A DNA stretch of 64,000 nucleotides from an uncultured delta proteobacterium (GTDB taxonomy: Bacteria > Desulfobacterota > RBG-13-43-22). The notes beneath the pieces were generated by a model. The model searched no databases. It had not been told where the DNA came from and saw only the letters and a list, made by a program, of their open reading frames with translations. The stretch is taken from contig CAVQFQ010000017.1 of the NCBI GenBank assembly GCA_963711835.1, positions 706,189-770,188 of the forward strand, read 5' to 3'. Numbering within the stretch: the stretch's first letter is position 1; the number at the start of each line of letters is the position of its first letter. A program made the translations under genes and the position numbers. Of this stretch, positions 41,101 through 50,183 are shown piece after piece.

Positions 41101-41369
41101 CCAGTGAACCTATTTTGAAGATGCATGAAGGCCGGCCCAATATTGTCGACGGGATAAAAAATAAGGAAATCCAGTTGGTCATCAATACGCCGGTGGGAAA
41201 GCTCAGCCAGTATGATGATTCCTATATCCGCAAAGCGGCCATCCAGTATAAAATCCCCTATATTACCACCCTGGCCGCCGCCATCGCCGCCGTTCGGGGT
41301 ATTGCGGCCAACCGGCGCGGGCATGGCTCGGTCCGCTCCCTCCAGAGTTATCATGATGGTATAAAATAA
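38169..41369 (+). CDS. carB: Carbamoyl-phosphate synthase large subunit
   Basis: MPKR..IGSGPIVIGQACEFDYSG, duplicated ATP-grasp halves, GVHTGDS/GIHSGDS, MGS domain; no carA adjacent. Confidence 0.97.
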   Translation: MPKREDINKVMIIGSGPIVIGQACEFDYSGTQACKALRGLGYKIVLVNSNPATIMTDPGLADVTYIEPLNFQTMKEIIEKERPDAILPNLGGQTGLNLTSELARAGVLEQFGVKVIGVAVDAIERGEDRIAFKETMNRLGIDMPRSNPAFSVEEAEKIAAELGYPVVIRPAYTMGGTGGGLVYNVEELRTVASRGLSASLIGQILVEESVLGWEELELEVVRDAKNQMITVCFIENVDAMGVHTGDSYCTAPMLTIDPSLQQRLQKYSYDIVEAIQVIGGTNIQFAHDPKTGRVVVIEINPRTSRSSALASKATGFPIALISSKLAGGLTMDEIPYWRAGTLEKYAPWGEYVVVKFARWAFEKFKDSQDKLGTQMRAVGEVMSIGKNYKEAFLKSIRSLEIGRYGLGFAKDFNRKSLEELMELLNEPSSERQFIMYEALRKGATVEALYEKTFIKPWFIEQMKELVALEEKVLEFKGRMLSDELLIQAKKDGFADRYLAQLLNLPEKAVRERRIALGLSQAWDAVPVSGVENAAYYFSTYNAPDKVPTSSRKKIMVLGGGPNRIGQGIEFDYCCVHAAFTLRDEGYESIMVNCNPETVSTDYDTSDKLYFEPLTVEDVLSIYEKEKPEGVIAQFGGQTPLNIANELAAAGVKILGTSPETIDLAEDRDRFRQNMARLGIPMPESGMASNLEEALAVAERIGYPLMVRPSYVLGGRGMEIVYDRQMLEQYVTAAVGVTPERPILIDKYLENAIEAEADAISDGTDAFVPAVMEHIELAGIHSGDSACVIPPISIPAKHLETIYEYTRKIAIELKVVGLMNMQYAIANDLVYVLEANPRASRTVPIVSKVCNISMARLATQVILGKKLSELNLQPKAIKHFGVKESVFPFNMFPEVDPVLGPEMRSTGEVLGLADSFGLAFYKAEEATQQVLPSEGTVLITVSEKDRAEAVDVARRFAELGFKIKATNGTHKFLTGRGIPSEPILKMHEGRPNIVDGIKNKEIQLVINTPVGKLSQYDDSYIRKAAIQYKIPYITTLAAAIAAVRGIAANRRGHGSVRSLQSYHDGIK

Positions 41370-41549
41370 GGTCGCTCCTTTTCATTCCACATAAGACCCA
41401 TTTTTACTCCAAGCCGTTATGGTAACAATGGGTCCCGACCTGGGAAAAAGCCCGGCCCATGATTCCCTGTTCAACCCCCCTTTCCTCAGGGCAGTCCCAG
41501 CGCGCTCCCATTAAAAAGCCTTAACATATCATAATGTTACCTAAAAGTC

Positions 41550-41578
41550 TTGACGGGCAGCCATTTTTCTTATATTAT
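41550..41578 (+). promoter_or_regulatory. Sigma70 promoter of MoxR-VWA pair
   Basis: TTGACG-17-TATTAT. Confidence 0.6.
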
Positions 41579-41609
41579 AAACAGTTAAATTTTATGAAGG
41601 AGTAAATGA

Positions 41610-42461
41610 ATGGCTAACGGAACGGAACTGAAAAAATTTAGCGGGGGCTCCAAGTATGTCCTCGATGAGGAACTGGCCAAGATCGTCAACATTACCATGG
41701 CCCTGGAATTACCACTTTTACTGAAAGGAGAACCGGGGACAGGGAAGACCATGCTGGCCCATGCCATCGCCGAATCGCTGAAGATGCGGCTGATCAGCCT
41801 GAACGTCAAATCCAGCATGAAGCTGATTGATGCCCTTTATCAATATGATACCCTGACTCGTTTGAACGACAGCCGTTTCGGGGACTCCAAGAGGGATGTC
41901 AGCAGCATTGAAGACTATATCAAGATGGGAAAGATCGGGCAGGCTTTTACGACCGACAAAAAGGTAGTCCTGTTAATCGATGAGATCGACAAGGCCGATA
42001 CCGATTTCCAGGACGATATGCTGGATGTCCTGGACCAGATGGAGTTCGATATTATTGAAATCGACAAGACCATCCCGGCCCGGCACCGTCCGGTCATTAT
42101 TATTACCTCCAATGCCAAGAAGGATCTATCGGATCCCTTTCTGGGACGCTGCAATTTCCATCATATCGCCTTCCCGGAACCGGATATGATGCGCAAGATC
42201 ATCCAGGTCCATTTCTCGGATATCGATCGGGACCTGATGGACGGTGCCGTACAGACCTTCTACCGGCTCCGGGAGATTCGGGGGATTGAAAAAAAACCGG
42301 CCACCCGGGAATTGATCAACTGGATCCGGGCCCTGAGGGCCGACCCGGATTTCAAGGTCAAGGACCTGGTCAAAGGGGAAGTCCCTTTCCTGGGGGTATT
42401 GTTCAAGAAGAGCCCCGATTACGTGACGGCTCAAAATAGTGTGACCCGCTTCAAGAGATAA
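41610..42461 (+). CDS. MoxR-family AAA+ ATPase
   Basis: GEPGTGKT Walker A, LLIDEIDKAD Walker B, IITSN. Confidence 0.92.
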   Translation: MANGTELKKFSGGSKYVLDEELAKIVNITMALELPLLLKGEPGTGKTMLAHAIAESLKMRLISLNVKSSMKLIDALYQYDTLTRLNDSRFGDSKRDVSSIEDYIKMGKIGQAFTTDKKVVLLIDEIDKADTDFQDDMLDVLDQMEFDIIEIDKTIPARHRPVIIITSNAKKDLSDPFLGRCNFHHIAFPEPDMMRKIIQVHFSDIDRDLMDGAVQTFYRLREIRGIEKKPATRELINWIRALRADPDFKVKDLVKGEVPFLGVLFKKSPDYVTAQNSVTRFKR

Positions 42462-42476
42462 AGGGCAACCCAGGCG

Positions 42477-43670
42477 ATGTTTGTCGGTTTTTTTTACTTT
42501 CTGAAAAAATGCGGGATACCGGTCAGCCCAACCTGCTTTTTGCGCCTACAGCGCGCCCTAAGCATGGGGATTGTGAATTCCCTGGATGAGTTTTACATTG
42601 CCGCCCGCACTATCCTGGTTAAGAGTGAACGCTACTTCGACCTGTACGATCAAGCCTTTGCCCATCACTTTAAGGGAGTGGAGTTCAAGGAGCCCGATGA
42701 ATTTGAACTGTCTGAAGTAGCCCGGGCCCTTCTGGAAGAATGGCTCAAAGAACCCAAGGCCCTGGCCGAGGCCTTGGGGATCAATGAAGAGGAATTGAAT
42801 CAATTAAGCCCGGAAGAGTTGATCCAGTACTTTCTGGATCGGCTGAAAGAGCAGAAGGAAGAACACCACGGAGGAAGTAAATGGATCGGAACCGGCGGTA
42901 CTTCGCCGGTGGGGCATTCCGGCTTTCATCCGGGCGGCATGCGCGTCGGGGGGATGTCCAGAAATAAGTCGGCGGTAAAAGTGGCCCTGGAACGACGCTA
43001 TAAGGATTATTCCCAGGAAGGCCCTTTAACCCAGTCCCAGATCGGCGAAGCCCTGAAAAGGCTGCGCAACCTGGTTCCGGTAGGTCCTAAGGATACCGTC
43101 AACATCGACAAGACCATCTACCAGACCATGAAAAATGCCGGCGAAATCGAGATCATTTTCGATCGGAGTCTCAAGGACCGGTTGACGGTCATCCTGGCCA
43201 TAGACAACGGGGGCTGGTCCATGGACCCCTATATCCCCCTGGTGCAGACCCTCTTTAATTATGCCCGGTCCCAGTTCAAAGACCTGAAGACCTTTTTCTT
43301 TCACAATACGATTTATGACTATTTATGGGAGGACCCTGCCAGACGGTCCAAGCCTTTTCCCACCGATCACCTGGTTCGCCTGGATCCTGAGACCCGATTC
43401 ATCATGGTCGGGGACGCCAGCATGGCCCCTTATGAACTGATGGGCACCGACGGTTCGATTTATGTCGGCGAGCGAACGGGAAGGCCCAGTTACGACCGGT
43501 TGCAGGACATTGCCAAGACCTTCCGCCATGCCATCTGGATCAATCCGGTCATGGGGGATGAGTGGACCTACACCCGGACGATCAATCAGATCCGGGAAAT
43601 TTTTCCCATGTTTGAATTGACCCTGGACGGCCTGGAGAAGGCCGTCAGCCACATGATTACCAAACATTAG
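42477..43670 (+). CDS. VWA-domain CoxE-like protein
   Basis: HHGGSKWIGTGGTSP, DNGGWSM MIDAS-like, VGDASMAPYEL; partner of MoxR. Confidence 0.88.
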   Translation: MFVGFFYFLKKCGIPVSPTCFLRLQRALSMGIVNSLDEFYIAARTILVKSERYFDLYDQAFAHHFKGVEFKEPDEFELSEVARALLEEWLKEPKALAEALGINEEELNQLSPEELIQYFLDRLKEQKEEHHGGSKWIGTGGTSPVGHSGFHPGGMRVGGMSRNKSAVKVALERRYKDYSQEGPLTQSQIGEALKRLRNLVPVGPKDTVNIDKTIYQTMKNAGEIEIIFDRSLKDRLTVILAIDNGGWSMDPYIPLVQTLFNYARSQFKDLKTFFFHNTIYDYLWEDPARRSKPFPTDHLVRLDPETRFIMVGDASMAPYELMGTDGSIYVGERTGRPSYDRLQDIAKTFRHAIWINPVMGDEWTYTRTINQIREIFPMFELTLDGLEKAVSHMITKH

Positions 43671-43788
43671 GAGAAAGGGGCCAAGGATTCGAGGGTTCAA
43701 GGATTCAAGTGAAATGCTGAAAACTACCAAGAAACCCTGAATCCTTCAATCCCTCAGACATCGCCCACTTTTTTACAGACAGTCTGCT

Positions 43789-44142
43789 TTATCTGTATCT
43801 ATAAGGAGGGCGGTAATAGTAACCCCTCGGGTAATAGTAGCCCCTGGGATAATAGTAGCGCTCAGGGGGATAGTAACGCTCTCGGGGATAATAATAACCT
43901 CTCCCGGAGTAATATTCCTGTGCTCCGGCGGCCTCCCCGGCTGCTCCTCCGACAATAGCCCCGATACCGCCCCCAATAGCCGCACCCAGCCAGGGATTGA
44001 ACGGGTCAACCGCAGCTCCCAAGGCCCCGCCTATGGCACTACCCACCAAGGCCCCTTGGGCCCCCTGATAAGTAGCGCACCCGCCTATCAATAAAGACAG
44101 GCCCAAAAGCCCTGCCATTCCAATTAATAATCGTGATTTCAT
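43789..44142 (-). CDS. Glycine-zipper lipoprotein with Tyr/Pro/Arg-rich repetitive tail
   Basis: Lipobox IGGC, GxxxG repeats, repeated YYYPRG/YYPPER units. Confidence 0.8.
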   Translation of the reverse strand: MKSRLLIGMAGLLGLSLLIGGCATYQGAQGALVGSAIGGALGAAVDPFNPWLGAAIGGGIGAIVGGAAGEAAGAQEYYSGRGYYYPRERYYPPERYYYPRGYYYPRGYYYRPPYRYR

Positions 44143-44245
44143 ATCGTTTTCCTTTTCTTTGAAGATTTAAGATCTGCCTTTGTCTTTCTTAAGTTTAGAC
44201 CAAGCCAGCGGACCCATAGTTAAAAAACATGAGAAGATAATTATT

Positions 44246-44287
44246 TTGACTTCAACTCATTTAAGCATTAGAATTACAATTAGTAAT
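44246..44287 (+). promoter_or_regulatory. TA operon promoter with palindromic operator
   Basis: TTGACT-17-TAGAAT; attac-aatta-gtaat immediately downstream. Confidence 0.55.
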
Positions 44288-44305
44288 ACGAAAAGGAGCA
44301 CAGAA

Positions 44306-44543
44306 ATGACCACTATAACCGTCCGCATACCGGACCATCTTTTAAAAGAAATGGAAAGGCAGGCCGGGGAACTTAAGGTGCCGCGGTCTAGCCTATATTC
44401 GAAAGGCCCTGGAACACATGAACAAAGAAGTGGCCCATAAAAAGCGAAGTGATCGACTTCAGGAAGTGAGCCGGCGGGTTCGATTGGAAAGCATGAAGGT
44501 GAACGCCGAGTTCAGCGAGATCGAATATGATCCAGCCGTTTAA
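44306..44543 (+). CDS. Ribbon-helix-helix antitoxin (one +1 frameshift ~44390)
   Basis: RBS aaggag; MTTITVRIPDHLLKEM...PRS then next frame AYIRKAL...NAEFSEIE; overlaps toxin start. Confidence 0.7.
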
Positions 44544-44882
44544 TCGTGGTTCCATCTGGTGGGCCAATCTGAATCCCGGCAGCGGCACTGAACCGGGAAA
44601 ACGAAGACCGGTTCTGATTTTTCAGGATCAGGCTTTATTGGATGCCCTGCATCCTTCAACCATTATTATCCCTCTTACAACCCAACTTATTGAGGATGCC
44701 GAACCGCTGCGAATACGGATTCCCGCCCAGGGCGCCCTCGAAAAAGATTCGGATCTGTTGATTGACCAGATTACGGGCCATTGACAACAAGAGATTGATT
44801 AAAGGACCCGATCCTCCAACTTGATGATGGGCTAATGGAAAAAATTGGTCAGGCCGTTAACGAAGTCCTTGGCCTAAGTTAA
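44527..44882 (+). CDS. mazF: MazF/PemK-family toxin (two +1 frameshifts near 3' end)
   Basis: RGSIWWANLNP..GTEPGKRRPVLI, IPLTT, IDQI then RAIDNKRL in the shifted frame. Confidence 0.8.
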
Positions 44883-44892
44883 AGAGCCGCTG

Positions 44893-44960
44893 ATGCCGCG
44901 CATCTTCGACAACATCGATCAAAAACTCCTCCCAGCCCTCCAGGAAACCCTTCGTCTGTG
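44893..44960 (+). pseudogene. 5' remnant of a PLD/SNF2-type helicase gene
   Basis: Translates MPRIFDNIDQKLLPALQETLRL, an N-terminus I recognise from restriction-associated PLD-helicase proteins; similarity then stops. Confidence 0.5.
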
Positions 44961-45036
44961 TTTGAGTGGTGTCACGAGGAAGCATGGAGAAAGATCCCCC
45001 TGGAGTCGCTATCGTTTGACGACTAGTGGGGAGAAT

Positions 45037-45426
45037 TTACCAGATAATTCTCAAATAGGATAGGTTTTGAAGTGTTTTGTCTTTTGTAATGAGGGGACAA
45101 TTCAAGTGTTTTGCTGTAGAAACGATTATTTTGTCATGAAGTTCCGGAATGTCTTTAATTTCAATTAGTTTTTTTAAGATTGGAACATCGAGGGAGACAA
45201 AGGCATAATTCTCGCTCCCCAGTATTTTCTTGAACAATTTCTTAAAATCAAATGAAATTCGTTTCTTGTCAAATATGCTTAAGGCTTCGGCCATAACAAT
45301 CGTGGGGATGAAAATAACGTTTTCTCCCTTCTCGGTTTTTTCGAAGATTTCTGTTGCTTTCTGACTTATTTTAGGACTATCGGTAAACTACCAGAGAAGG
45401 GCATGGGTATCAGTAACAAAATTCAT
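45037..45426 (-). pseudogene. vapC: VapC/PIN toxin with in-frame amber stop at codon 13
   Basis: MNFVTDTHALLW-TAG-FTDSPKIS...E...ELHDKII...LITKD; TAG at 45388-45390 in frame. Confidence 0.8.
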
Positions 45427-45432
45427 CGGATT

Positions 45433-45648
45433 CTAAAGTTCAACCCTACTATAAAGGGATTTTTGAGTCCTCTTTATTCCAATATCAGCAAACTTAGTCC
45501 CTTTGAATAGGCCTTTTAACTTAATGATCTTCCTGCTGGGGGAAGGTGCTTTTTTAAGAACGGCCAGTTTTAAAATCCTGACCTCTTTTTCTATGGCCTC
45601 GATTTTGTTGATCAGGTCAAAGTTATCTTTGGTCATGGATTGTTTCAT
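45433..45648 (-). CDS. Putative antitoxin upstream of PIN toxin
   Basis: Small ORF directly upstream of vapC with IIKLKGLFKG motif; start uncertain. Confidence 0.6.
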   Translation of the reverse strand: MKQSMTKDNFDLINKIEAIEKEVRILKLAVLKKAPSPSRKIIKLKGLFKGTKFADIGIKRTQKSLYSRVEL

Positions 45649-45851
45649 AAAAAAGGCCCTTTGTTTTGCTTCATATTTAATGGCAAATGTATCATAGTGG
45701 ATTTTTTTTGTCAAAATCTTGTCGGTGATTGAAGGTTTCTTTTTCGGATATGGTTGAGCTATGAGCAGCCGACACAGATCGATGCCTGGTATCCGGAATG
45801 ATAAATCCATTTTGTCCCGTCTGTTCGATGATGTCAAATGGGCTTTAGATA

Positions 45852-48296
45852 GTGGATAGTATAAGGGATCTTCAAAGAAAACTAAATGAGGCTTTGAGCG
45901 AATGTGCCCGTTTAAAGGCTGAGAATGCTCAGTTAAAAAAGCTTGTTGGATTGCCTTTAGAAGAAACCGACTCATCACCAAAACAAACCCTTTGCGAACC
46001 CTCCGTTCCTTTTCCTTCCCCCGACTCTGAGGTCACAAAATTCTCTTCGCCCAAAGATAAGATAGCCCTTTTCCGAAGTCTTTTCCGGGGCCGGGAGGAT
46101 GTTTATCCGGTTCGCTGGGAAAGAAAAGACGGCCTGTCCGGATATTCACCGGCCTGCACTTTTGAGTGGAAAAGGCCTTTTTGTAGAAAGCCCCAGGTGA
46201 AGTGCGGGGAATGCGAGAATCGGAAATTTATCCCAGTAACCGATGAGCTGGTCCAGAACCATCTTACAGGAAAACAGACCATCGGGGTTTATCCCTTACT
46301 TTCTGATGAGACCTGCTGGTTTCTTGCCGCTGATTTTGACCAGACTACCTGGCAGGAAGATGCCGGTGCGTTTCTAAGGACTTGTGAACACCTGGAGGTT
46401 CCTGCGGCCTTGGAACGATCCCGGTCCGGAAAGGGCGGGCATGTCTGGATATTTTTTGACAACCCTGTGCAGGCTTCTTCGGCGCGAAAACTGGGCTGTG
46501 CCATTCTAACCCGGACCATGGAAGAGAGACATCAAATCGGAATGGATTCCTATGATCGCTTCTTTCCCAACCAGGACACCCTTCCCAAAGGTGGGTTTGG
46601 AAACCTGATTGCTTTACCTTTCCAAAAAGGTCCCAGCGAAAAAGGTAATTCCCTTTTTGTAAATAAGGACTTCGTCCCTTATTCGGATCAGTGGCTATTT
46701 CTTTCTAACCTTCAAAGGCTTTCTTTTGAAAAATTGGATAGTTTGGTCAGGGAGGCTTCGCGCCTCGGAAAAATCATTGGCATTCGTATGAGTTATACGG
46801 ACGAAAAGGCCGGAAGAGGCCCTGGCCCATCATCTCTTAGTCCCAACAGAAACCCTGAGATCGTGTCGTTGAGTCTGCCGCAAAAGGTCAGAATAACTCA
46901 GGGGGCTTCAGTACAAATAGAAAAGAGTGAATTGCCATCTATAATCATTAATGAGCTTAAAGGCTTGGCGGCCTTTCAAAACCCGGAATTCTACCGGGCT
47001 CAGGCCATGAGGTTGTCGACCTATAATAAACCTCGTATTATTTCCTGTGCCGAAGACCTCCCGGATCACATCCAATTGCCCAGAGGCTGTCTGGAAGAGG
47101 TCCTGGCCCTATTTAAAAACCAGGGAGTTGAAGTTGAAATCAACGAAAATCGGCTTGGAGATATCCCGATTGAAGTATGTTTCCATGGAACGCTGCAGAC
47201 AGCCCAGGAGAAAGCCGCTCAGGCCCTGCTGTCGCACGATATTGGAATCCTTTCTGCGCCGACGGCCTTTGGAAAAACCGTGATAGCCGCCTGGGTTATT
47301 GCCGCAAGAAAGGTAAATACCTTGATTCTGGTCCATCGAAGCCAGCTCTTGGACCAATGGCGGGCCCGGCTATCTGCTTTTTTGAATTTGGCTGAAAATG
47401 AAATAGGCCAAATAGGAGGGGGAAAAGGACACCACACCGGTTTTATCGACGTGGGCATTCTTCAGAGTTTAAATCGAAAAGGGAGGATCAAGGACCTCGT
47501 TTCGGATTATTCACAAGTCATTGTGGATGAGTGCCATCATATCCCTGCCTTCAGTTTCGAACAGGTTTTAAAAAGGGTCAGGGCAAGGTATATCCTGGGC
47601 CTTACGGCAACCCCAATCCGCAAGGATGGCCATGACCCTATAATTACCATGCAATGCGGACCCATTCGATTCAGGGAGCAGGATAAAAAGACCATTCAAA
47701 AAGAACCCTTTGAGCATATCGTTATACCCCGAAAAACCAATTTCAAGATTCATTCCTTATTCAATAAGATAGCCATCCAGGATATTTATGCCGCCATGGC
47801 ATCCGACCAAGAACGAAATGACCTGATATTTGAGGATGTTTTGTCATCCCTGGAAGCCGGCCGTTCTCCCCTTCTATTGACCGAGCGGAAGGATCATCTT
47901 GACCTCCTGACCGAAAGGCTTAAAAATTTTGCCAAGAATGTTATTGTGTTTAAAGGAGGCTTGGGGAAAAAACAGCGGCAGGATTTGCTAAATCGGATCA
48001 AGGACATCCCAGATAGAGAAGAGAGGCTGATCCTTGCTACAGGGCGTTATATCGGTGAAGGCTTTGATGATGCCCGTCTGGACACCTTGTTTCTGGTGAT
48101 GCCCATATCATGGCGGGGAACACTACAACAATACGTAGGGCGATTACACCGGTTCCATGATGAAAAGCGGGTTGTCCAAGTGTATGATTATGTTGATGTT
48201 CATGTCCCGATGCTTATGAGAATGTATGATAAGAGACGGAAAGGCTATAAGGTGATCGGCTATCGGTTAGAAGAAGAAGCAAGGCAAAAAAAATAA
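45852..48296 (+). CDS. AEP (TOTE-type primase-like) domain fused to SF2 DEAD/ResIII helicase
   Basis: FRGREDVY, FLAADFD, SRSGKGGHVWIFF, GNLIALP; APTAFGKT, DECHH, LTATP, GEGFD, QYVGRLHR. Confidence 0.88.
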   Translation: MDSIRDLQRKLNEALSECARLKAENAQLKKLVGLPLEETDSSPKQTLCEPSVPFPSPDSEVTKFSSPKDKIALFRSLFRGREDVYPVRWERKDGLSGYSPACTFEWKRPFCRKPQVKCGECENRKFIPVTDELVQNHLTGKQTIGVYPLLSDETCWFLAADFDQTTWQEDAGAFLRTCEHLEVPAALERSRSGKGGHVWIFFDNPVQASSARKLGCAILTRTMEERHQIGMDSYDRFFPNQDTLPKGGFGNLIALPFQKGPSEKGNSLFVNKDFVPYSDQWLFLSNLQRLSFEKLDSLVREASRLGKIIGIRMSYTDEKAGRGPGPSSLSPNRNPEIVSLSLPQKVRITQGASVQIEKSELPSIIINELKGLAAFQNPEFYRAQAMRLSTYNKPRIISCAEDLPDHIQLPRGCLEEVLALFKNQGVEVEINENRLGDIPIEVCFHGTLQTAQEKAAQALLSHDIGILSAPTAFGKTVIAAWVIAARKVNTLILVHRSQLLDQWRARLSAFLNLAENEIGQIGGGKGHHTGFIDVGILQSLNRKGRIKDLVSDYSQVIVDECHHIPAFSFEQVLKRVRARYILGLTATPIRKDGHDPIITMQCGPIRFREQDKKTIQKEPFEHIVIPRKTNFKIHSLFNKIAIQDIYAAMASDQERNDLIFEDVLSSLEAGRSPLLLTERKDHLDLLTERLKNFAKNVIVFKGGLGKKQRQDLLNRIKDIPDREERLILATGRYIGEGFDDARLDTLFLVMPISWRGTLQQYVGRLHRFHDEKRVVQVYDYVDVHVPMLMRMYDKRRKGYKVIGYRLEEEARQKK

Positions 48297-48325
48297 ATTT
48301 GGATATGCAACTTGGTGGTTTCTAA

Positions 48326-48853
48326 TTGAAAAAACTGATCGCTTTATTAATGCTGGGGGGCTTTGTCATCCTTAATGGGATGCTGGCTTTTGCTGCGCCT
48401 ATACGTCCGATAGGGCCGGTGGATGTAACCGGAACCATCAGTGAGGTGCAATGGGTCCCGGAAAAGACGGTCAAGGGCATCCCCCGCATGACCGGTTCGG
48501 CAGCAAAGGATCGGGTGGTGTCTCCGCATTTCCTGGTCAGACTGGTGGACTTCGAAGGGGTTGCAGCGGAAGCAGCAGTCACCATGACCAGGTACCTGGA
48601 ATGGCCGGCTTACCAGAACCAGGAGATCAAAGGCAGGCCCCCATTCATCCTCTTAAAAATCGACTATAGTGATCGAAATTACCTGAAGAAGGGGATGCGG
48701 ATCAGGGTCTTGGGATATACGGTGGCGGGAGATGAAGGCGGCACCTGGACCTCATTCACGGGTATCGATATCCTGGAAACCCTCACCGAGGGTGTCCAGC
48801 AAAGTAATCAGGATTCTGATGATCTCAGGGCCATTAAAGGAAACGGCCGTTGA
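48326..48853 (+). CDS. Hypothetical secreted protein
   Basis: Signal peptide MKKLIALL...AFA; no recognised domain. Confidence 0.7.
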   Translation: MKKLIALLMLGGFVILNGMLAFAAPIRPIGPVDVTGTISEVQWVPEKTVKGIPRMTGSAAKDRVVSPHFLVRLVDFEGVAAEAAVTMTRYLEWPAYQNQEIKGRPPFILLKIDYSDRNYLKKGMRIRVLGYTVAGDEGGTWTSFTGIDILETLTEGVQQSNQDSDDLRAIKGNGR

Positions 48854-49017
48854 AAGTGACGTGTCTCCGGGCCATTTCGAGGCGGCTGAGGCTGTCTGTC
48901 CCTTGAAACAGGCCAAGCCAGCCAGCCGGAAACAGCCCATTAAAAGCGCCTAATAACGTTTTTTGGGGAGCTAAACGGCAAGGGACCTCAGGTTAATAAT
49001 TTAGCTGCCAGGCATTT

Positions 49018-49686
49018 CTACGGAATGAACCAGCGTTCGGGGTCCCAGGCGGTTTCAGTTGACCAATCCTTTGGCGGCTGGATTTTGTAGTAATCTTCCA
49101 ATCGGCCAAGCGCTGTCAAGCGGTCAATAATCAGTAGCCAGGCGCATTCAACGTCTCTTCCAACGACCGCGCTGATTTCACACTTGCCATTGGATGAACC
49201 GCCGCAAGGACCGTTGAAGAGCCGTTTGGCGCATCGCGCAATCGGGCATACTCCCCCGGTATGGGTGAGGACGCAATCTCCGCATCCGAGACACTTTTCA
49301 TTCCATACCCCGGGCTGATCCAGCGCGCCCAGAAATGTCGTGTTGAGGGCCGGGATTACGGGTAAACCTTTAAAAGCGTCCGCAACGGTTTGAACGCCCG
49401 CACCGCAGGCCAGGGATAGAATCGCCTCGACCTCATCCGAAACATTGAGGAATTTCGGTATCCAATCCCGTTCGCACTGCCTTTCCATGGTGGCCACTTC
49501 CAAGATAGGAGGCGGGTCCTCATGGGCCTTGGCGCGCTCAATGGCACGGGCCAGGGCGTGGGCCTCCTTATCGCCGCCGGTTAGACAGACGGAAACGCAG
49601 GTACCGCACCCCAGAATCAGGATTTTTCGGTATCCCTCCAGGGAAGCGAGAATTTCCTCGAAAGGTTTTTGATGGCCGACAATCAT
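49018..49686 (-). CDS. metV: MetV (MTHFR C-terminal/Zn-finger family)
   Basis: GCGTCVSVC, ERQC, LACGAG, CLGCGDC, CPIARCAKRLFNGPCGG, CAW, PPKDW; last codons may be frameshifted. Confidence 0.88.
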   Translation of the reverse strand: MIVGHQKPFEEILASLEGYRKILILGCGTCVSVCLTGGDKEAHALARAIERAKAHEDPPPILEVATMERQCERDWIPKFLNVSDEVEAILSLACGAGVQTVADAFKGLPVIPALNTTFLGALDQPGVWNEKCLGCGDCVLTHTGGVCPIARCAKRLFNGPCGGSSNGKCEISAVVGRDVECAWLLIIDRLTALGRLEDYYKIQPPKDWSTETAWDPERWFIP

Positions 49687-50087
49687 TTTCCTTCCTCCGC
49701 CGCAAGGTTCCTCCCTGAGGCGACGCGTTTCCAAACCTCCAGTGAGGCGGTCTTTTTGTGGTAGGGACAGAGGGCCTCAATCGGTTTATCGACCTTCTTC
49801 GCGAGGGTTTTACCAAAATCGGACGTATAGATGGGTTCACCGCAGACCAGGCAATGAACGAGTTCCATGGTGGCGACCTCTTCCCACCGGCCAGAGAACA
49901 TTTCTTCGAATTCAATCGCTTCCTGAGGACAAACACGCCAGCAATTGCCGCACCGGGCGCATAGCGACATGTTGTGAAAAATTTTGCGGTTAGGTCCTTT
50001 GTCCCAGTAATTCAAAGCGGAGGCCGGACAATTTTGCACACAGGCCAGACAGCCGTTACACTTTTCATTGACACGATAAAATGACAT
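49683..50087 (-). CDS. 2x[4Fe-4S] ferredoxin-like protein
   Basis: CNGCLACVQNCP, CARCGNCWRVCP, extra CxxC and C. Confidence 0.88.
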   Translation of the reverse strand: MSFYRVNEKCNGCLACVQNCPASALNYWDKGPNRKIFHNMSLCARCGNCWRVCPQEAIEFEEMFSGRWEEVATMELVHCLVCGEPIYTSDFGKTLAKKVDKPIEALCPYHKKTASLEVWKRVASGRNLAAEEGK

Positions 50088-50183
50088 CCCGATGACTTCC
50101 TTTGATCCCCGATCGGCGAATAAATCGAGGCTTTACTTATCATCACCGATGGGCTGGTCTTCTACAATACAATTGCCGCGCGA

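Noticed and set aside
39714-41354. 546-aa minus-strand ORF
   Set aside because: Antisense shadow of carB; no motifs; expected from codon bias
43810-43915. CRISPR-like short repeats
   Set aside because: Coding 18-21 nt repeats of the YYYPRG tail; no spacers or cas genes
45388-45390. Pyrrolysine read-through in VapC
   Set aside because: No pyl genes in the window and not a Pyl-type protein; nonsense mutation is simpler
45433-45981. 182-aa version of the antitoxin ORF
   Set aside because: Upstream part overlaps the divergent promoter region and the AEP-helicase start; only the last ~70 codons look genuine
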